64,000 nt of DNA from Bacteroidota bacterium. Its GTDB lineage: Bacteria > Bacteroidota > Bacteroidia > CAILMK01. The notes beneath the pieces were generated by a model that was not told the DNA's origin, did no database searches, and saw nothing but the letters and a program-made list of their open reading frames with translations. The DNA is taken from the NCBI GenBank assembly GCA_013288555.1, contig JABDBQ010000002.1, forward strand, positions 51,313 to 115,312, in the 5' to 3' direction. Positions 18,285 through 28,601 of this stretch are shown here, in pieces. The position numbers were made by a program, and so were the translations under genes. Numbering within the stretch: position 1 is the stretch's first letter; each line of letters begins with the position of its first letter.

Positions 18285-19364
18285 ATGGAATTACAAAAAA
18301 AACTTGAAGAGATAAAAACCCGTTGGGAAGAGGTGGGGAGGCTGCTCAATGAGCCTGATACCATGAGCGATATGAAGCGTTTTGCCCAGATGAACCGGGA
18401 ATACCGAAACCTGGAAGAAATCGTGGATAAGTATCACGAATACAGTGATCTGCTCAGCAATATTGATGCGACCAAAAGGATTATTTCCGAAGAGAAAGAC
18501 CAGGAATTCAGGGATATGGCAAAGAGCGAACTCGATGAATTGTTGTCGAAACTACAGCCATTGGAGGAAGAGATAAAACTTATGTTGATTCCGCCGGATC
18601 CCATGGATGACAGGAATGCCCTGGTAGAGGTTCGGGCTGGTACCGGTGGTGATGAAGCTTCGCTTTTTGCAGGAGTGCTGTACAGGATGTACCAGAAATA
18701 CTGCGATATCAAAGGCTGGAAAATAGATGTAATTGACGCCCATGAGGGAACAAATGGAGGATTTAAAGAAATAATATTCAATGTTTCGGGAAACAAGGTG
18801 TACGGTAACATGAAATATGAATCGGGTGTACACCGTGTGCAGCGGGTGCCTTCCACAGAATCGCAGGGACGGGTGCATACTTCTGCAGCCTCTGTAGTAG
18901 TATTGCCCGAAGCGGAGGAGTTTGATATCGACCTGAAAGACTCCGATATCCGCAAGGATACCTTTTGTTCTTCGGGTCCAGGGGGACAATCGGTAAATAC
19001 TACCTATTCTGCAGTTCGGTTGACGCACATTCCTACCGGATTGATTGTATCCATCCAGGACGAAAAATCGCAGCTCAAAAACTACGAGAAAGCGTTGAAA
19101 GTCTTGCGTTCACGATTGTATGAAATAGAACACCAGAAATACCTGGACGAGATTTCCACCAAACGGAAGACCATGGTTTCTACCGGTGATCGTTCGGCCA
19201 AGATCCGAACCTATAACTATCCCCAGGGCCGTGTCACAGACCACCGTATCGGGCTTACTTTGTATGACCTGGATAACGTTCTTGATGGGGATATTGACCG
19301 ATTGATAGACGGTTTGCAGGTTGCAGAAAACGCAGAGCGACTGAAAGAAGGGAGTTTTGTGTAA
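18285..19364 (+). CDS. prfA: Peptide chain release factor 1
   Basis: GGQ motif ([11 protein letters not shown]). RF1-type PST tripeptide region ([16 protein letters not shown]). 359 aa. Confidence 0.85.
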   Translation: MELQKKLEEIKTRWEEVGRLLNEPDTMSDMKRFAQMNREYRNLEEIVDKYHEYSDLLSNIDATKRIISEEKDQEFRDMAKSELDELLSKLQPLEEEIKLMLIPPDPMDDRNALVEVRAGTGGDEASLFAGVLYRMYQKYCDIKGWKIDVIDAHEGTNGGFKEIIFNVSGNKVYGNMKYESGVHRVQRVPSTESQGRVHTSAASVVVLPEAEEFDIDLKDSDIRKDTFCSSGPGGQSVNTTYSAVRLTHIPTGLIVSIQDEKSQLKNYEKALKVLRSRLYEIEHQKYLDEISTKRKTMVSTGDRSAKIRTYNYPQGRVTDHRIGLTLYDLDNVLDGDIDRLIDGLQVAENAERLKEGSFV

Positions 19365-19609
19365 ATCAGGATCAGCAATCAGGAGATAGGTGTTAATTGG
19401 TTCAATGATAAATAAAAGGGTCGGGTAATTTTTAAAATAATCCAATTACACGAGAGACGTCAGCAGAACTGAATATATACTTTGACAATGAAGATATTGC
19501 GATGTGCTATGTCTGCCAATAATATTTATTAATTTATTAGATTTTTTCAAATAAACCGATTAAATCCGATAATTATCTATAAATTAGCTGAGCCATTGTT
19601 AAAAAACCC

Positions 19610-22600
19610 ATGCGGCGACACTACACATTCTGCCTGATATTCCTGTTTTTTGTGAGCGCAGCAAAAGCCCAGTGTGATATTACTGTTAGTGTGAATAAAG
19701 GCTGTGTTCCGCTTCCAATCGAATTTACATTTAAAACAACCAATACTTCCACACCCGTAAGTTATTCCTGGGATTTTGGTGATGGTGACAACTCATCTCA
19801 AAACAACCCGACACATATTTATAAAGCATCAGGATCATATAAACCAATCGTAACGGTCACTTTTCAGAATGGTACAAAATGTACGGATACACTTTCAAAA
19901 CCGATTATTGTTTACCACAATCCCAATGTTGCTTTTATTGTAAACAATAACAAGCCTATACTTCTTTGCGCGCGTAAAGACTCTCTATGTTTTACTGACA
20001 AATCAAGCATTGGCGCTGATAAGGCTCCTATCATTGCGTGGCAATGGACTTTCGGCGATGGTGGCAGTTCTACCCGCGAGAACCCCTGCTATGCTTATTC
20101 TGACAGTGGGTATTACCAGGCAACATTACAGATAACGGACTCTAACGGATGTACGCAATTTTTACAGAAAACGATCAATGTGCGATATACAACCGACTCG
20201 GGTATTAATGTCAATCCTACATTCAAAATGTATATTGCCTACAATTGCAAAAAGAATATTCAGACTGTAACATTCACAAACACAACTGATACACAGGGGC
20301 AATTTATCACAAACTTTATCTGGAATTTTGGTGATGGAACAGGCGATACCTGCTACCTGCCCACACCGGCCTGTCTTTCCAAATGGACAAAATTTCAGCA
20401 TGTGTATACCAAACAGGGTTTTTACCAGCCTTCTCTTACCATCGAAAACAAATACGGTTGTATCGGAAGTGTTTCCGTTGATACCCCAATCATCATTGAT
20501 CCATATAAGCTCAGCGTGTCGGTTTTCCCATCTGTGACTTGTTTTCTTCAGGATTCCATGTCGATTGATACTGTACCACCACATCCATTAGCCCTGGGTT
20601 ATTACTGGGATTATGGCGATCCTTACCGGCGCGATCCGGGCGTTACTGCAGCTGATAATCATATTTATAAAATGCCAGGAATTTACACCGTGCATATTGA
20701 TGTTGTAATAGGCACCTGCCATTATGATTCTACGGTTTGCCATGCTGTAAAAATGCTCGGCCCGGTTGCACTCATCATGCCGGTGAAAGGCAGTAAGCAA
20801 GCCTGGGACTCTGTCCCTCCAAACGGCTCTTTCCTGATCCCTCCATCAAAATACAGCAAGTATTTCGATACAACATGTCTAAGTCCCGGATATGCAAAAT
20901 ATTACACATATAAATCGGTGCTTGTAAAAAACGGAGAGCCTGTGTATGACAGTTGCCTTGTGGATACAATAACAACCTATCAGAAGGATTCGCTCTATCT
21001 GTGCAACGGTAAAAAAACGCCTAATATTTTGCTGAGTTTTGTGAAACATATTGATTCTTATAAAGATACAACAGAACAAATTGCAACATTGCATTATTGG
21101 CTTAAAGGAGACCCTATTCCAACAGGTGACGTTTACAGCGATACACCATTTGTGAACCGTCCCCTATATATGGATGATACCAGTTTGTTTTCGCTCCGAT
21201 GCCAGGCGCCGCAAAAGATCAGTTTCACCAATTTCAGCGAAAAATACAGAGGCTACTATGCTGTTGATAATTACCCGTTTGCATATCCAAGTAAATGCGC
21301 GAACAAATCATATCCCTACGCCAGTGACAGCCTCACTTATTACTGGGATTTTGGAGAAGGATCCCCAAGCACTTCTACCAAAGCCAATCCTGTAATCACC
21401 GACCGGTTTTCATCTGAAAAACTGCCGAGCCATCTTTTCAGGAAAAATGGTTGCTATTGGGTAATTCTTACGGTTTCTGACACTTCCTCTAATTGCAGCG
21501 ACCAGGATTCCATACCTGTAGTATTGGAAGAACCTAATGCAGGATGGGATCCAACTTATAGTAATATTAAAGACATGACGGCGCTGATACAGGACAGCCT
21601 GCCGGTACACGGCCCCAGACGAGGTATGATTATCAGCGGCAAGCCTTGTGTGGATTCCGCACAGAATATTGATCTCAGGGAAATTCTGCCAGGCTGTTTC
21701 CAGCGAAACTTTAATATGGCATTCGATTCTGTAAAAGATGTTCTTAACTGCAATCACCTGGTGGGATGGAAATGGCTAAATAAAGATACCATTGCCAATG
21801 TGATGGACTATACCTACGACTATCAGGATACAGGATGGAAAACGATAGGGCTGGTGGTTACCAACAATTATAACTGTACCGACACGGTCTGGTATCACCA
21901 TTACAAATACATACATGGAACCTATGCCGCCATCAATGTTTCTGCGTCACATACCTGCCTGGGTGACACAATAAAGATGTGGCCAGCTATTCCGCAACAA
22001 CTTGGCATAAAAAGTTTTACATACTATTTTACAGAACAACTTGACCTGGGTGACACAATAGCAAAACCTAAAACACAGACAACAAGGTATAAGGTTATTA
22101 AACAAAAGAACGGGAGTTATGATACCATCACATCCACAGTCCACAACCGGCTTTGGGGGATTGATGACAGCGCTAACCAGAATTTTAATTATCTGACCGA
22201 TACAAATTATATAGTAATCCCATACATAGGGCATGTATTGATTACTTCTGTGATTGTGAGTCGATTTGGCTGCAGCGATACGGTCCGCACCCAGGTTACG
22301 GTCGGCGATTATACTGATTTCGGTGAAGACAATACTACCGTTTGCACGAACGATACAGTTCATTTTCAAGGAATTGCACAATATTTTGTGCCGTTCGCAC
22401 CTCATGGCTATAGTACAGGTGTTAGCAACATCAATTACTGGCAAAACCCCGACAGTGCCCGGGGCGGACGTATTCCTAAAATTCCTGAAAAAATGGAATG
22501 GGACCTGAACGGAGATGGAATTATTGATGCAACAGGCCCTTATGTCTATTTTAAATATACCAAACCAGGAAAATATACGGTAACACTTTATACAACAGAT

Positions 22601-24040
22601 AGCAATGGGTGCGTTCAAACCGTCACAAGAAAAGACCTGATTTCTGTTATCGGTGATTCTGCTTATTTTACTATTGCATCACCGGGACCTACCCGTCTTT
22701 GCAAAGGATCACATCTGTTCCAGTTTATTGATTCATCACATGTTATCAAGCCTTTTGCAGATTCTTCCAATACTTATAGAATTTATTCCTGGAAATGGAT
22801 TTTCGGAGACGGTTATCCGCCACAAACGATAACCGATACCACCAAGAAAAATGCCTCTCATTACTACGAAAAAAACGGTGATTATACGGTCACCCTCATC
22901 ATCCGGACTTCTCCCGGAACAGGGGCCAGCGGCCATGGTTGTGCCGACACATTCAAACGTGTCATTCATATTCTTGGGCCTGTAGCCAAGTTCAGTATCG
23001 TGGGGGCAGATAAGGGTTGTGTGCCATTTACCGTTGCTGTAAGGGATGAATCCCTAAAAGCACAAACACGTGAATGGTTCCTTGGCGATTCGACCTCAGT
23101 CAACAGTTATGGAGATTCTATTGTTTATCTCACTTATAAAAAACCGGGTGTATGGTGTCCGCAGTTTTACGTCGTAGATTCATTTACGGATTCTACCACA
23201 GGGAAACAATTGTATTGCTCTGATCTGTATCCTCCTGTTAAATGCCAGATCCAGGTGCAGGTATGGGATACCAATAAACAGGTGCTAACGGCCTCTGACA
23301 CTTTAATTTGTCTCGGTAAAGATTCCATATATTTTAAGAGTTCGCCTGATACCGGGTATACTTCCTGGACCCTCCATTTTGGGGATGGTGACAGCGCAAC
23401 CAGAACCAGTCCGAATTTCGGACATATTTATACAAAAACAGGGAAATACCATGTCACTGTAAGTGGCAGCGGGGCGCATTGTCCGGATACCGCATCCATC
23501 AATGTCAGGGTCATTGATATAAAATCTTATTTCACCATAGATACGGCAAAAAATGATACCCCCACTTTCAGCTTTGTAAACAAATCCGTTGGCGGAGTCC
23601 GATATACCTGGGATTTTGGAGATGGTTCATTGCCGTTCCCGATCACTTCTTACCAGGAAATATCGCATCCATTTATGAAGGCCGGAAAGTCGGTTATATG
23701 CCTGACATCATTCAATGAAAAAGGTTGCCCTGCAAAATATTGCGATTCGCTCGTGATAGATACTTTCCTGTATGTCCCGAATGTATTTACGCCAAATGGT
23801 GATGCATATAATCCTGTTTTTGATATCGTTATATACGGGAATCTTGGTTATCATCTTGACATATACAACCGATGGGGGCAGAAAGTATTTCATAGTGATG
23901 ACAAAAGATCCATGTGGGATGGCATTAACCACAGCAGCGGCATCCCTTATCCTGAAGGCACCTATTATTATGTTTTTAATTACCGTTTTATCGGCAATAA
24001 AAACGAAGAGAAAGACGGAGCGGTTTCTTTAATTAGATAA
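19610..24040 (+). CDS. Large PKD-repeat cell-surface protein with a T9SS type-B (gliding-motility-associated) C-terminal domain
   Basis: Signal peptide. Multiple WDFGDG..NP.H.Y PKD units. C-terminus YVPNVFTPNGDAYNPVFDIVIYG..YHLDIYNRWGQKVF is the type-B CTD pattern. Confidence 0.8.
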   Translation: MRRHYTFCLIFLFFVSAAKAQCDITVSVNKGCVPLPIEFTFKTTNTSTPVSYSWDFGDGDNSSQNNPTHIYKASGSYKPIVTVTFQNGTKCTDTLSKPIIVYHNPNVAFIVNNNKPILLCARKDSLCFTDKSSIGADKAPIIAWQWTFGDGGSSTRENPCYAYSDSGYYQATLQITDSNGCTQFLQKTINVRYTTDSGINVNPTFKMYIAYNCKKNIQTVTFTNTTDTQGQFITNFIWNFGDGTGDTCYLPTPACLSKWTKFQHVYTKQGFYQPSLTIENKYGCIGSVSVDTPIIIDPYKLSVSVFPSVTCFLQDSMSIDTVPPHPLALGYYWDYGDPYRRDPGVTAADNHIYKMPGIYTVHIDVVIGTCHYDSTVCHAVKMLGPVALIMPVKGSKQAWDSVPPNGSFLIPPSKYSKYFDTTCLSPGYAKYYTYKSVLVKNGEPVYDSCLVDTITTYQKDSLYLCNGKKTPNILLSFVKHIDSYKDTTEQIATLHYWLKGDPIPTGDVYSDTPFVNRPLYMDDTSLFSLRCQAPQKISFTNFSEKYRGYYAVDNYPFAYPSKCANKSYPYASDSLTYYWDFGEGSPSTSTKANPVITDRFSSEKLPSHLFRKNGCYWVILTVSDTSSNCSDQDSIPVVLEEPNAGWDPTYSNIKDMTALIQDSLPVHGPRRGMIISGKPCVDSAQNIDLREILPGCFQRNFNMAFDSVKDVLNCNHLVGWKWLNKDTIANVMDYTYDYQDTGWKTIGLVVTNNYNCTDTVWYHHYKYIHGTYAAINVSASHTCLGDTIKMWPAIPQQLGIKSFTYYFTEQLDLGDTIAKPKTQTTRYKVIKQKNGSYDTITSTVHNRLWGIDDSANQNFNYLTDTNYIVIPYIGHVLITSVIVSRFGCSDTVRTQVTVGDYTDFGEDNTTVCTNDTVHFQGIAQYFVPFAPHGYSTGVSNINYWQNPDSARGGRIPKIPEKMEWDLNGDGIIDATGPYVYFKYTKPGKYTVTLYTTDSNGCVQTVTRKDLISVIGDSAYFTIASPGPTRLCKGSHLFQFIDSSHVIKPFADSSNTYRIYSWKWIFGDGYPPQTITDTTKKNASHYYEKNGDYTVTLIIRTSPGTGASGHGCADTFKRVIHILGPVAKFSIVGADKGCVPFTVAVRDESLKAQTREWFLGDSTSVNSYGDSIVYLTYKKPGVWCPQFYVVDSFTDSTTGKQLYCSDLYPPVKCQIQVQVWDTNKQVLTASDTLICLGKDSIYFKSSPDTGYTSWTLHFGDGDSATRTSPNFGHIYTKTGKYHVTVSGSGAHCPDTASINVRVIDIKSYFTIDTAKNDTPTFSFVNKSVGGVRYTWDFGDGSLPFPITSYQEISHPFMKAGKSVICLTSFNEKGCPAKYCDSLVIDTFLYVPNVFTPNGDAYNPVFDIVIYGNLGYHLDIYNRWGQKVFHSDDKRSMWDGINHSSGIPYPEGTYYYVFNYRFIGNKNEEKDGAVSLIR

Positions 24041-24054
24041 TTATGAATTTCTTT

Positions 24055-24090
24055 GTCATTTCGATCTCGAGCGTTCGGGATCGAAATGAC
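24055..24090. repeat. Perfect 12-bp-stem hairpin GTCATTTCGATC-N12-GATCGAAATGAC; its right half is a dispersed 24-nt repeat
   Basis: 24071-24094 is the reverse complement of 30041-30064 (23 of 24 nt match). Confidence 0.7.
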
Positions 24091-24172
24091 AGCCTTCTTT
24101 GAGAAATAAGCTCCTGCTTTTATTGATAACATGTAAAACGAATAACTTATTTTTGAACTTTTAACCTGAAAA

Positions 24173-24205
24173 CTTCTTCTCACTTCTCATATATTACTTC
24201 TCACT
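24173..24205. repeat. CTTCTCAC short tandem repeat, copy 3
   Basis: cttcttctcacttctcatatattacttctcact. Confidence 0.6.
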
Positions 24206-24207
24206 AA

Positions 24208-24741
24208 ATGGAAACAACTCTCGGTATCGGTTCACGCATAAGACATAAGGAGTTCGGAGATGGCGTCGTTATCGGTGTAAAATCTGCTACATATATCATC
24301 ACCTTTATGGCATCTGGCCGTAAGGAAATATCACATTCTTATCCGCTCGAGATCATTGAAGAAGAAGAGCCTGCGGACGACCTAATAAGCCTGGCAGATG
24401 TGGAACGCAGCCTGACAAATATCCTTCGCAAATGGGCTGATGTACAGGAAATTGTACCGCTTGGCGCCAAATGGACAGGAGGTGTGCTTATTATGCAGCC
24501 GGGTGATAAAAGTCTCAAACCGAAAGAGATGCCTATTGATGCACTCTTCCATAAAATTGTGATGATCCGCGACCGCATGAGAACCCTTGAACAGCGCGTG
24601 AATGCCAGTGCATTAACTGATGAAGAAAAGGTTTCGATACAGCAATATATTACCAAATGCTATGGCAGTTTGACTTCATTCAATGTGTTGTTCAAAAGAC
24701 CTGAAGATTATTTCACCGGCGAAAAAGGTGGTGGCGAATAG
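24208..24741 (+). CDS. Hypothetical protein with an N-terminal UvrD-C-terminal-like (DUF3553/Tudor-like) motif
   Basis: RIRHKEFGDGVVIGV resembles the R.RH.KFG.G.V block of PcrA/UvrD C-termini. Its stop abuts the next start. Confidence 0.55.
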   Translation: METTLGIGSRIRHKEFGDGVVIGVKSATYIITFMASGRKEISHSYPLEIIEEEEPADDLISLADVERSLTNILRKWADVQEIVPLGAKWTGGVLIMQPGDKSLKPKEMPIDALFHKIVMIRDRMRTLEQRVNASALTDEEKVSIQQYITKCYGSLTSFNVLFKRPEDYFTGEKGGGE

Positions 24742-25641
24742 ATGAAAAGCAAAAGCAAACCGCAAAGGACGCTAAGGTATCGCAGAGTACACAAAGAAAA
24801 GACTTTGTTCCCTTTGCGAAGCCTTTTGCTACTCTGCGGTAATGTTTTGGGTTTTCTTTTATTCTTCAGTTCAACATCATATTCTCAATCGAATAAATTT
24901 GGTGGTATCGGTGTCTCCGTTGATATTGATTCATCTGTCATGCGGCCTTATATCGTTGACATTCTTTCAAGCAAACCAGGAGCCATGGCCGGGCTCAGAT
25001 CCGGTGATCATATCATCTCCATAAACCATTGGAATACAAAAGGCAAATCGCAGGAACAGGTTGCCAATAAACTGCGCGGAAGGATTGGTTCCCAGGTAGA
25101 CCTGAACATCGACCGAGTTGGTAAACAAATGGATTTTGTGATGAAAAGGGAGAATGTTATTGTGCCGGACAAAAATGATAATTTTTGCGTCAAATTCGAT
25201 TTGATATTAAAATCAACAATTGACAGTTTTAAAACTATTCAAGGAGATTTCATTTCGCAACCCAACAAATATGAAAAAGATTATGCATCAAAAATCCAAA
25301 TACCAGGATTTGATAGTGCAAAGATATTAAGAAATATTTCCTGGAGTGATGCTGAATACGCTGCGGATTATTTCATTGGAAAGGATAGTACACAGGCAAT
25401 GAGTGAATTCAGAAAGCTTCGAAACGAAATAAATGACTGTATTCCGTACACAATTGTACAATCCTACAAAGAATACCCAGAAGATGATCCACCAAGTATA
25501 TCATTCAGTTATAATTTACAAAGCGTGAAAAATAAAAAATATTCTGGCATAGTCGAGTGGGTAATAGTTATCAGAATAGAAAAAGATGAAAATCATATGA
25601 TGCTGGTACGTCTATGGATAGATCATCCCGCAAAAATGTAA
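24742..25641 (+). CDS. Membrane-anchored PDZ-domain protein, hypothetical
   Basis: N-terminal TM segment, then a PDZ-like segment (GAMAGLRSGDHIISIN), then an unknown C-terminal domain. The start follows the upstream TAG directly. Confidence 0.55.
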   Translation: MKSKSKPQRTLRYRRVHKEKTLFPLRSLLLLCGNVLGFLLFFSSTSYSQSNKFGGIGVSVDIDSSVMRPYIVDILSSKPGAMAGLRSGDHIISINHWNTKGKSQEQVANKLRGRIGSQVDLNIDRVGKQMDFVMKRENVIVPDKNDNFCVKFDLILKSTIDSFKTIQGDFISQPNKYEKDYASKIQIPGFDSAKILRNISWSDAEYAADYFIGKDSTQAMSEFRKLRNEINDCIPYTIVQSYKEYPEDDPPSISFSYNLQSVKNKKYSGIVEWVIVIRIEKDENHMMLVRLWIDHPAKM

Positions 25642-25646
25642 AACCC

Positions 25647-26003
25647 TCACGGCACAAACGCATCCTCAATATGATAAATCTCGTTCTCATCTTTATTTCT
25701 AACAATTGAGATAATATCAAACCGTATCTCATTTTCGATTTTGTTTGCTTCAATGAATAGGTTCGCGGCACGGGCGATGTGTTGTTGCTTGACTTTGTTC
25801 ACCGCCTTCTCCGGCCAGCCGAAATAAGACCCGCTGCGGGTTTTTACTTCAACAAAAATGATGGTGTTGTTATGGTTCGCAATGATGTCAATCTCACAAC
25901 CTTCACCTCTCCAGTTCAGGTGCTGAATCTTATATCCTTTTTCTATAAGATACGCTGCAGCAAGCTTTTCACCTGCATTTCCTGTTTCCCGGTTTGATGG
26001 CAT
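25647..26003 (-). CDS. YraN-family (UPF0102) putative endonuclease
   Basis: GEKLAAAYLIEKGY..GEGCEIDIIA..IFVEVKTR pattern. Confidence 0.7.
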   Translation of the reverse strand: MPSNRETGNAGEKLAAAYLIEKGYKIQHLNWRGEGCEIDIIANHNNTIIFVEVKTRSGSYFGWPEKAVNKVKQQHIARAANLFIEANKIENEIRFDIISIVRNKDENEIYHIEDAFVP

Positions 26004-26101
26004 TGAATTGATTTAATGTGAGTTTAATTTCGCCTCCCTCCCGAAAAGTCGGGACAGGCTACCCTCTGGGCACCCCTCCTCAACTGAGGCCGGGAATTGC
26101 T

Positions 26102-26142
26102 GGCGCCAGCCACTTACGCCTAACTCCTTATGCCTTACGCCT
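26102..26142. repeat. GCGCCAGCCACTTACGCC-(CCTTAYGCC)n dispersed repeat, copy 2
   Basis: ggcgccagccacttacgcctaactccttatgccttacgcct. Confidence 0.65.
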
Positions 26143-26148
26143 AAGTTT

Positions 26149-26739
26149 TTACCAGTCCTTCTTCTCTATTGACTTATCCCCGAGCATCCCGGTTTTAAAC
26201 TCATTAATTCTTTTATGGATATCATCATATACAAAATCAAGGTTTGCCTGGATATGATCTTTGGCGGTGTAGAAATTATCTCCCGGTACATTATGTTCTA
26301 TCCACTTTTCCATATGGATTGGAACGCCTGAACGGTTCTGTTGGAAATCGGTAAACTCATAACGGTATTTGCCATTCTTAAATGCTATAGTCAACTTATA
26401 CAAAACAAGATCCGGATCCGGAACCAGGATGCCGCCTTTGCCTTTCATCATAAGCTGGGTAAACCCGTTCAGCACAATAATTCCATTGTCTTTATCGCTT
26501 TCTTTGATTTTGGTATCAGCCTGTTTGTACATGCGGTGCAATACCACCAGCCCGCGATCGAACCCTGAGCTTTTGGTATAACCGGGCGCCTGAACAACCT
26601 CTACAAATGAAACTTTTTTTGTAAGGCTATCTATTGGAAAGTTCTGTGCTACAGCTTTTAATCCGGCACCGGCCATAAATATAAACAGGAGAGATAATAA
26701 CTTTTTCATTCTATTTTTACGATTAATTTTTAGTTTCAA
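26149..26739 (-). CDS. Hypothetical lipoprotein/periplasmic protein (DUF4468-like)
   Basis: Signal peptide MKKLLSLLFIFMAGAGLKAVAQ. Confidence 0.5.
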   Translation of the reverse strand: MKLKINRKNRMKKLLSLLFIFMAGAGLKAVAQNFPIDSLTKKVSFVEVVQAPGYTKSSGFDRGLVVLHRMYKQADTKIKESDKDNGIIVLNGFTQLMMKGKGGILVPDPDLVLYKLTIAFKNGKYRYEFTDFQQNRSGVPIHMEKWIEHNVPGDNFYTAKDHIQANLDFVYDDIHKRINEFKTGMLGDKSIEKKDW

Positions 26740-26774
26740 ATACTTTGAGCTTTCCGCAAGATTAGTGAATTTTT

Positions 26775-28064
26775 CTATTCCGCCAAAATCAGGTAATAGT
26801 CTTTTTTGCCTTTTTGCACCAGCATAAACCGGTCGCTGATCAGATGTGTGATATCAATCATCATACCGCCATCGGTTATTTTTTCTTTATTGATGCTCAA
26901 GCCATTGTTCTGCACCATTTTGCGCAATTCTCCCTTTGATGGGAATATGGTTGTGTTTACAGCTAGCAGGTCTCCAACATTAATACCGGCTTCAAGTTCC
27001 GACTTTGAAATTACAAACTGTGGAACACCTTCAAAATCAGACGAAAGATTATCAGGAGACAATTTTTTTAAGGACTCAGCTGTCCCTTTTCCGAAGAGAA
27101 TATCAGAGGTTTCTATAGCGCTCTCAACTGCTTCAATACCATGTACTCTTATCGTTACATCCTTTGCAAGTGCTTTTTGTAATATCCTTAGATGGGGAGC
27201 CTGGGCATGTTCTGCCTCCATAGCTTCTATTTCTTCTTTGGTCATCAAGGTGAACACTCTAATGTATTTGGCGGCATCCTCGTCCGTAGCATTCAGCCAG
27301 TATTGGTAAAATTTATATGGTGAAGTTTTGGAAGCATCCAGCCATACCGTACCTGATTCTGTTTTGCCGAATTTGGTACCATCAGCCTTTGTTACGAGCG
27401 GACTTGTGAGTGCATAGGCCTCACCCCCTGCCATCCGCCTGATGAGCTCGGTACCGGTCACGATATTCCCCCACTGATCGCTGCCACCCATCTGGATCCG
27501 GCAATTTTTGTTTTTATACAACCAATAGAAATCATAACCCTGTATCAACTGGTAGCTGAATTCTGTAAATGAGATCCCTGTTTCCAGACGTTTTTGTACG
27601 CTGTCCTTCGCCATCATGTAGTTGACAGTGATGTGTTTACCCACATCACGCAGGAAATCCAGGGCATTGTAATTTTTGAACCAGTCGTAGTTATTTACCG
27701 TCTCTGCGGAATTTGCGCCGCAATCATAATCAAGGAATTTTTCGAGCTGTTTCTGCTGGCTTTTGACGTTATGCTCCAGGGTAGCCTGGTCGAGCAGGTT
27801 TCGCTCTGCTGATTTTCCTGAAGGATCTCCTATCATACCTGTTGCACCCCCAACCAACACCATAGGTTTATGCCCTGCCAGTTGAAAGTTTTTAAGGATC
27901 ATCAACTGGAAAAGATTGCCCACATGGAGCGAGTCAGATGTCGGGTCGAAACCAATATAACCCGAAGTCATTTCCTTAGCCAGTTTTTCTTCGGCACCGG
28001 GCATCATGTCATGGATCATGCCACGCCAGCGCAGTTCAGCGATAAAATTTTTTAAGTCTGCCAT
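26775..28064 (-). CDS. tyrS: Tyrosine--tRNA ligase
   Basis: HIGH-type motif (HVGN) and KMSKS-type motif (KFGKT). C-terminal S4-like domain. Confidence 0.85.
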   Translation of the reverse strand: MADLKNFIAELRWRGMIHDMMPGAEEKLAKEMTSGYIGFDPTSDSLHVGNLFQLMILKNFQLAGHKPMVLVGGATGMIGDPSGKSAERNLLDQATLEHNVKSQQKQLEKFLDYDCGANSAETVNNYDWFKNYNALDFLRDVGKHITVNYMMAKDSVQKRLETGISFTEFSYQLIQGYDFYWLYKNKNCRIQMGGSDQWGNIVTGTELIRRMAGGEAYALTSPLVTKADGTKFGKTESGTVWLDASKTSPYKFYQYWLNATDEDAAKYIRVFTLMTKEEIEAMEAEHAQAPHLRILQKALAKDVTIRVHGIEAVESAIETSDILFGKGTAESLKKLSPDNLSSDFEGVPQFVISKSELEAGINVGDLLAVNTTIFPSKGELRKMVQNNGLSINKEKITDGGMMIDITHLISDRFMLVQKGKKDYYLILAE

Positions 28065-28159
28065 TGTAATTTAAAGGGCGAAGATAAGAAAAACAGGAAT
28101 AAGGGGTAAGGGATAAGTGGTAAGGAATTAGTAAATCAAATCATCATTCAGCCTTACAT

Positions 28160-28363
28160 TCATCTTATTTTGTGTTTCCGCATACTGAAAACGGTTTTAT
28201 CCATTCGGGGCGGATTGTTGATATCGAAATTATAAGCGATGCTGTTCAGGTACATTACTGCTTCCAGCCTTTCATCTACGGTTTTCGTTTTCCAATAGGC
28301 AGAATCCTTTTCAGCATTTTCATGCTTATAGCCTTTGCCTTTTGTTCTATCCAGTCGAAACAT
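28160..28363 (-). CDS. Small hypothetical ORF (67 aa); weak
   Basis: An ORF only. The longer track version, 28160..28414, runs into the MITE-like element. Confidence 0.2.
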   Translation of the reverse strand: MFRLDRTKGKGYKHENAEKDSAYWKTKTVDERLEAVMYLNSIAYNFDINNPPRMDKTVFSMRKHKIR

Positions 28364-28369
28364 ACCACA

Positions 28370-28595
28370 AAGATAACAGTTAACAGCGAGCAGTGAGCAA
28401 GGAACAGTTAACAAGGATCAGTGAGCAGATAACAGTTAAAAGAATTTAGTTCCACAGTCATATGATAACTGCTTATTTGAATTTCCTCCTTGCAACCTGT
28501 ACACCGTTCCCTGATACCTGCGCACTGCTATCTGCTCCCTGTTAACTGATGACTGTTCTGCTAACTGTTCCTTGTTAACTGATAACTGTTATCTT
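28370..28595. mobile_element. MITE-like element, about 226 bp, with 12-bp perfect terminal inverted repeats AAGATAACAGTT (17 bp with one mismatch) and internally repetitive arms
   Basis: Left end is aagataacagttaacag; right end is ctgataactgttatctt. Both arms are built from AACAGTTAACA and GAGCAG units. The element ends 6 bp before the lpdA ATG. Confidence 0.55.
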
Positions 28596-28601
28596 TGTGC
28601 C

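Noticed and set aside
18285-19364. Programmed +1 frameshift as in prfB
   Set aside because: The gene is RF1-type (PST region, 359 aa, single uninterrupted frame), not RF2.
20162-24040. Numerous minus-strand ORFs inside the 1476-aa PKD protein gene (e.g. 21947..22618 -)
   Set aside because: These are shadow ORFs. The plus-strand frame has coherent PKD repeats throughout.
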